Of a stretch of 64,000 nucleotides of DNA, positions 62,666 through 64,000 are shown piece after piece. How positions within the stretch are numbered: position 1 is the stretch's first letter; the number at the start of each line of letters is the position of its first letter. The notes below the pieces were generated by a model. The model had not been told where the DNA came from. It saw only the letters and a list, made by a program, of their open reading frames with translations, and ran no database searches. Source of the stretch: Amoebophrya sp. A120 (lineage: Eukaryota > Protista > Dinoflagellata); assembly GCA_905178155.1 (NCBI GenBank), contig CAJINV010000001.1:2222089-2286088 (forward strand), written 5' to 3'. Both the position numbers and the translations under genes were made by a program.

Positions 62666-64000
62666 TTATTCTGGCCTCGCCGGCGGCGGCGTCGTGCTGT
62701 CATCTCGGCCGGATATCAAATGTAAAAAATGTCTGGGTCTGGAAGACTCATGCTGTTTTTGCATGACACAGAAGGTCTGGCGTGGAAGCTCTAGCCTCAC
62801 AGGTTTCGAGAAGCTTCCGCAATGCCGAACCCGCATGAGAAATCCCCCATTTTGGTGACAGAATGTCCAAGTTGGCAGCTTTTGCTACCTATGCATGAGA
62901 GATTTTTCTGTGTTCTAAAATGCGCATCACAAGTTCGGATCCTTCCAGACCCAGACATTTTTGCATTTCATACCGGACGGCCTTGTGACATTCGCGTCCG
63001 GCGCGTTCAGGTCAATCAAATCGACCAGCCTGCCGACCCCCGCCGCTGCCTGCACCTCGGGCGGCAGGATGGTGTCCTGCCGATCCACGACCGCGCTTTT
63101 CCGCAGTTCGGGCGGTATGATCGTGTCCTGCCGCTCCACGCTACTTCGCCGCCCGGCGCTGGATGAAGCTGCGTCGTTGGTAATCAGGTCCGGCGCTGCT
63201 GCATCGCCAGGAGCTTGTTCCACAACATCCTTCGCACGACTAGTACTAGCGGGCGCAGCACCAGGAGCGGCTGCGAGAGGATCTCCCGCTAGTACACCAC
63301 CGCCAGAATCGTTCAAACCGCGAATGGCGTCCGTGCCCATCGTGTCCATGGCGGTTTCCTGTCCGTTGTTCCGTATTGTTTTGGCGGTGAACGCGGACTC
63401 CGCTCCGGGGGAAAGTCCGGCTGGGCCGCCGATGGTGCTGGTTTGCCCCCCGGATTGCTGGAAAACGTTGAAGTCGGTGGGCTGGCGCCGCAGCCGCTCG
63501 ATCTCCGCCTCATCCATCTCAATCACGTTCTTCATCTGCTGCTTCTCCACCTGCTCCTGCTCAAGCACGCCCTGCAGTCTCTTCGTCTCTTGCTCCAAGC
63601 CGACCAGCTTCGCAACCTCACTGTACTGCTCTTGTGCGCGCATATCCATAGGAAAACTGCATCGCACAGGCACAAGGTGAAGACTTTTTGTTTTGAAGCT
63701 AATACATGTTGAGACAACAAAATCTTCTTTCCATATATCTAACCAACCTACAAGAGAACTCGGAAGATCTGGTCCACCTGCTGACAAACTCACTAGTAAC
63801 TCTGTCAAATTTTATAAAACTATCCAAGATTCTGATTTGTTTCATCACGTGTGCGAATACTGTTGTACAATTTTCTACACGGGATAACGCTGGTTCATGA
63901 CGGATTTGTACTTCGCCTGCCACTCCCGGAGTTTCCCGTCCTGGTACTGCACCCGGTCCTTCAGCATGTCGCATTCGGCCTGCAACTTCGACCGCTTGAT
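62666..64000 (-). CDS. 3' part of a coiled-coil protein (continues beyond window)
   Basis: IKRSKLQAEC...MNQR/AQEQYSEV...TRPSG/RDDSTTPPPARPE* after removal of two introners. Confidence 0.7.
62714..62972. mobile_element. Introner family A (259 bp), TSD CCGGA
   Basis: Family A TIRs. CCGGA at 62709 and 62973. Confidence 0.9.
63643..63886. mobile_element. Degenerate introner (244 bp), TSD GCGCA/ACGCT
   Basis: TATCCATAGGAAAACTG...CAATTTTCTACACGGGATA. In-frame join. Confidence 0.7.

Noticed and set aside
4349-63166. Recurring peptides MQKCLGLE / FQTQTFLH / KMSGSGR / CKNVWVWK in many ORFs
   Set aside because: These are translations of the family-A TIR in different frames, not a protein domain.
870-63680. 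Long plus-strand ORFs (e.g. 35560-36351, 48026-48667, 62961-63680)
   Set aside because: Antisense shadows of GC-rich minus-strand genes with no recognisable motifs.

Overview
This is eukaryotic DNA, and every credible gene lies on the minus strand. The architecture matches a syndinian dinoflagellate such as Amoebophrya; this is an inference from co-oriented genes plus inverted-repeat non-canonical introns. About 15 protein genes can be reconstructed: Hikeshi, an FBXO7-like F-box protein, a Use1-like SNARE, a pentameric ligand-gated ion channel, PEX10, a large secreted ricin-B/Cys-repeat protein, a RING E3, a 46-aa tandem-repeat protein, an RsuA-family pseudouridine synthase, an EF-hand membrane protein, and several unknowns. 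The ORF track is fragmented because 29 MITE-like elements (introners, at least 6 TIR families) sit inside coding exons. They have TAT...ATA termini and 5-bp target duplications, and removing each element plus one duplication restores the reading frame in every case checked by hand. Additional oddities: (i) a 3.9-kb foldback/Mutator-like element with a telo-box minisatellite nested inside one introner; (ii) a 716-bp insertion with a 25-bp duplication that splits the PEX10 RING finger; (iii) an introner 1 nt from a canonical acceptor; (iv) a 37-bp repeat present four times that brackets unrelated cassettes at 8.7-11.8 kb. No transposase, rRNA, tRNA or CRISPR array was recognised. Splicing is inferred from frame restoration and was not observed.
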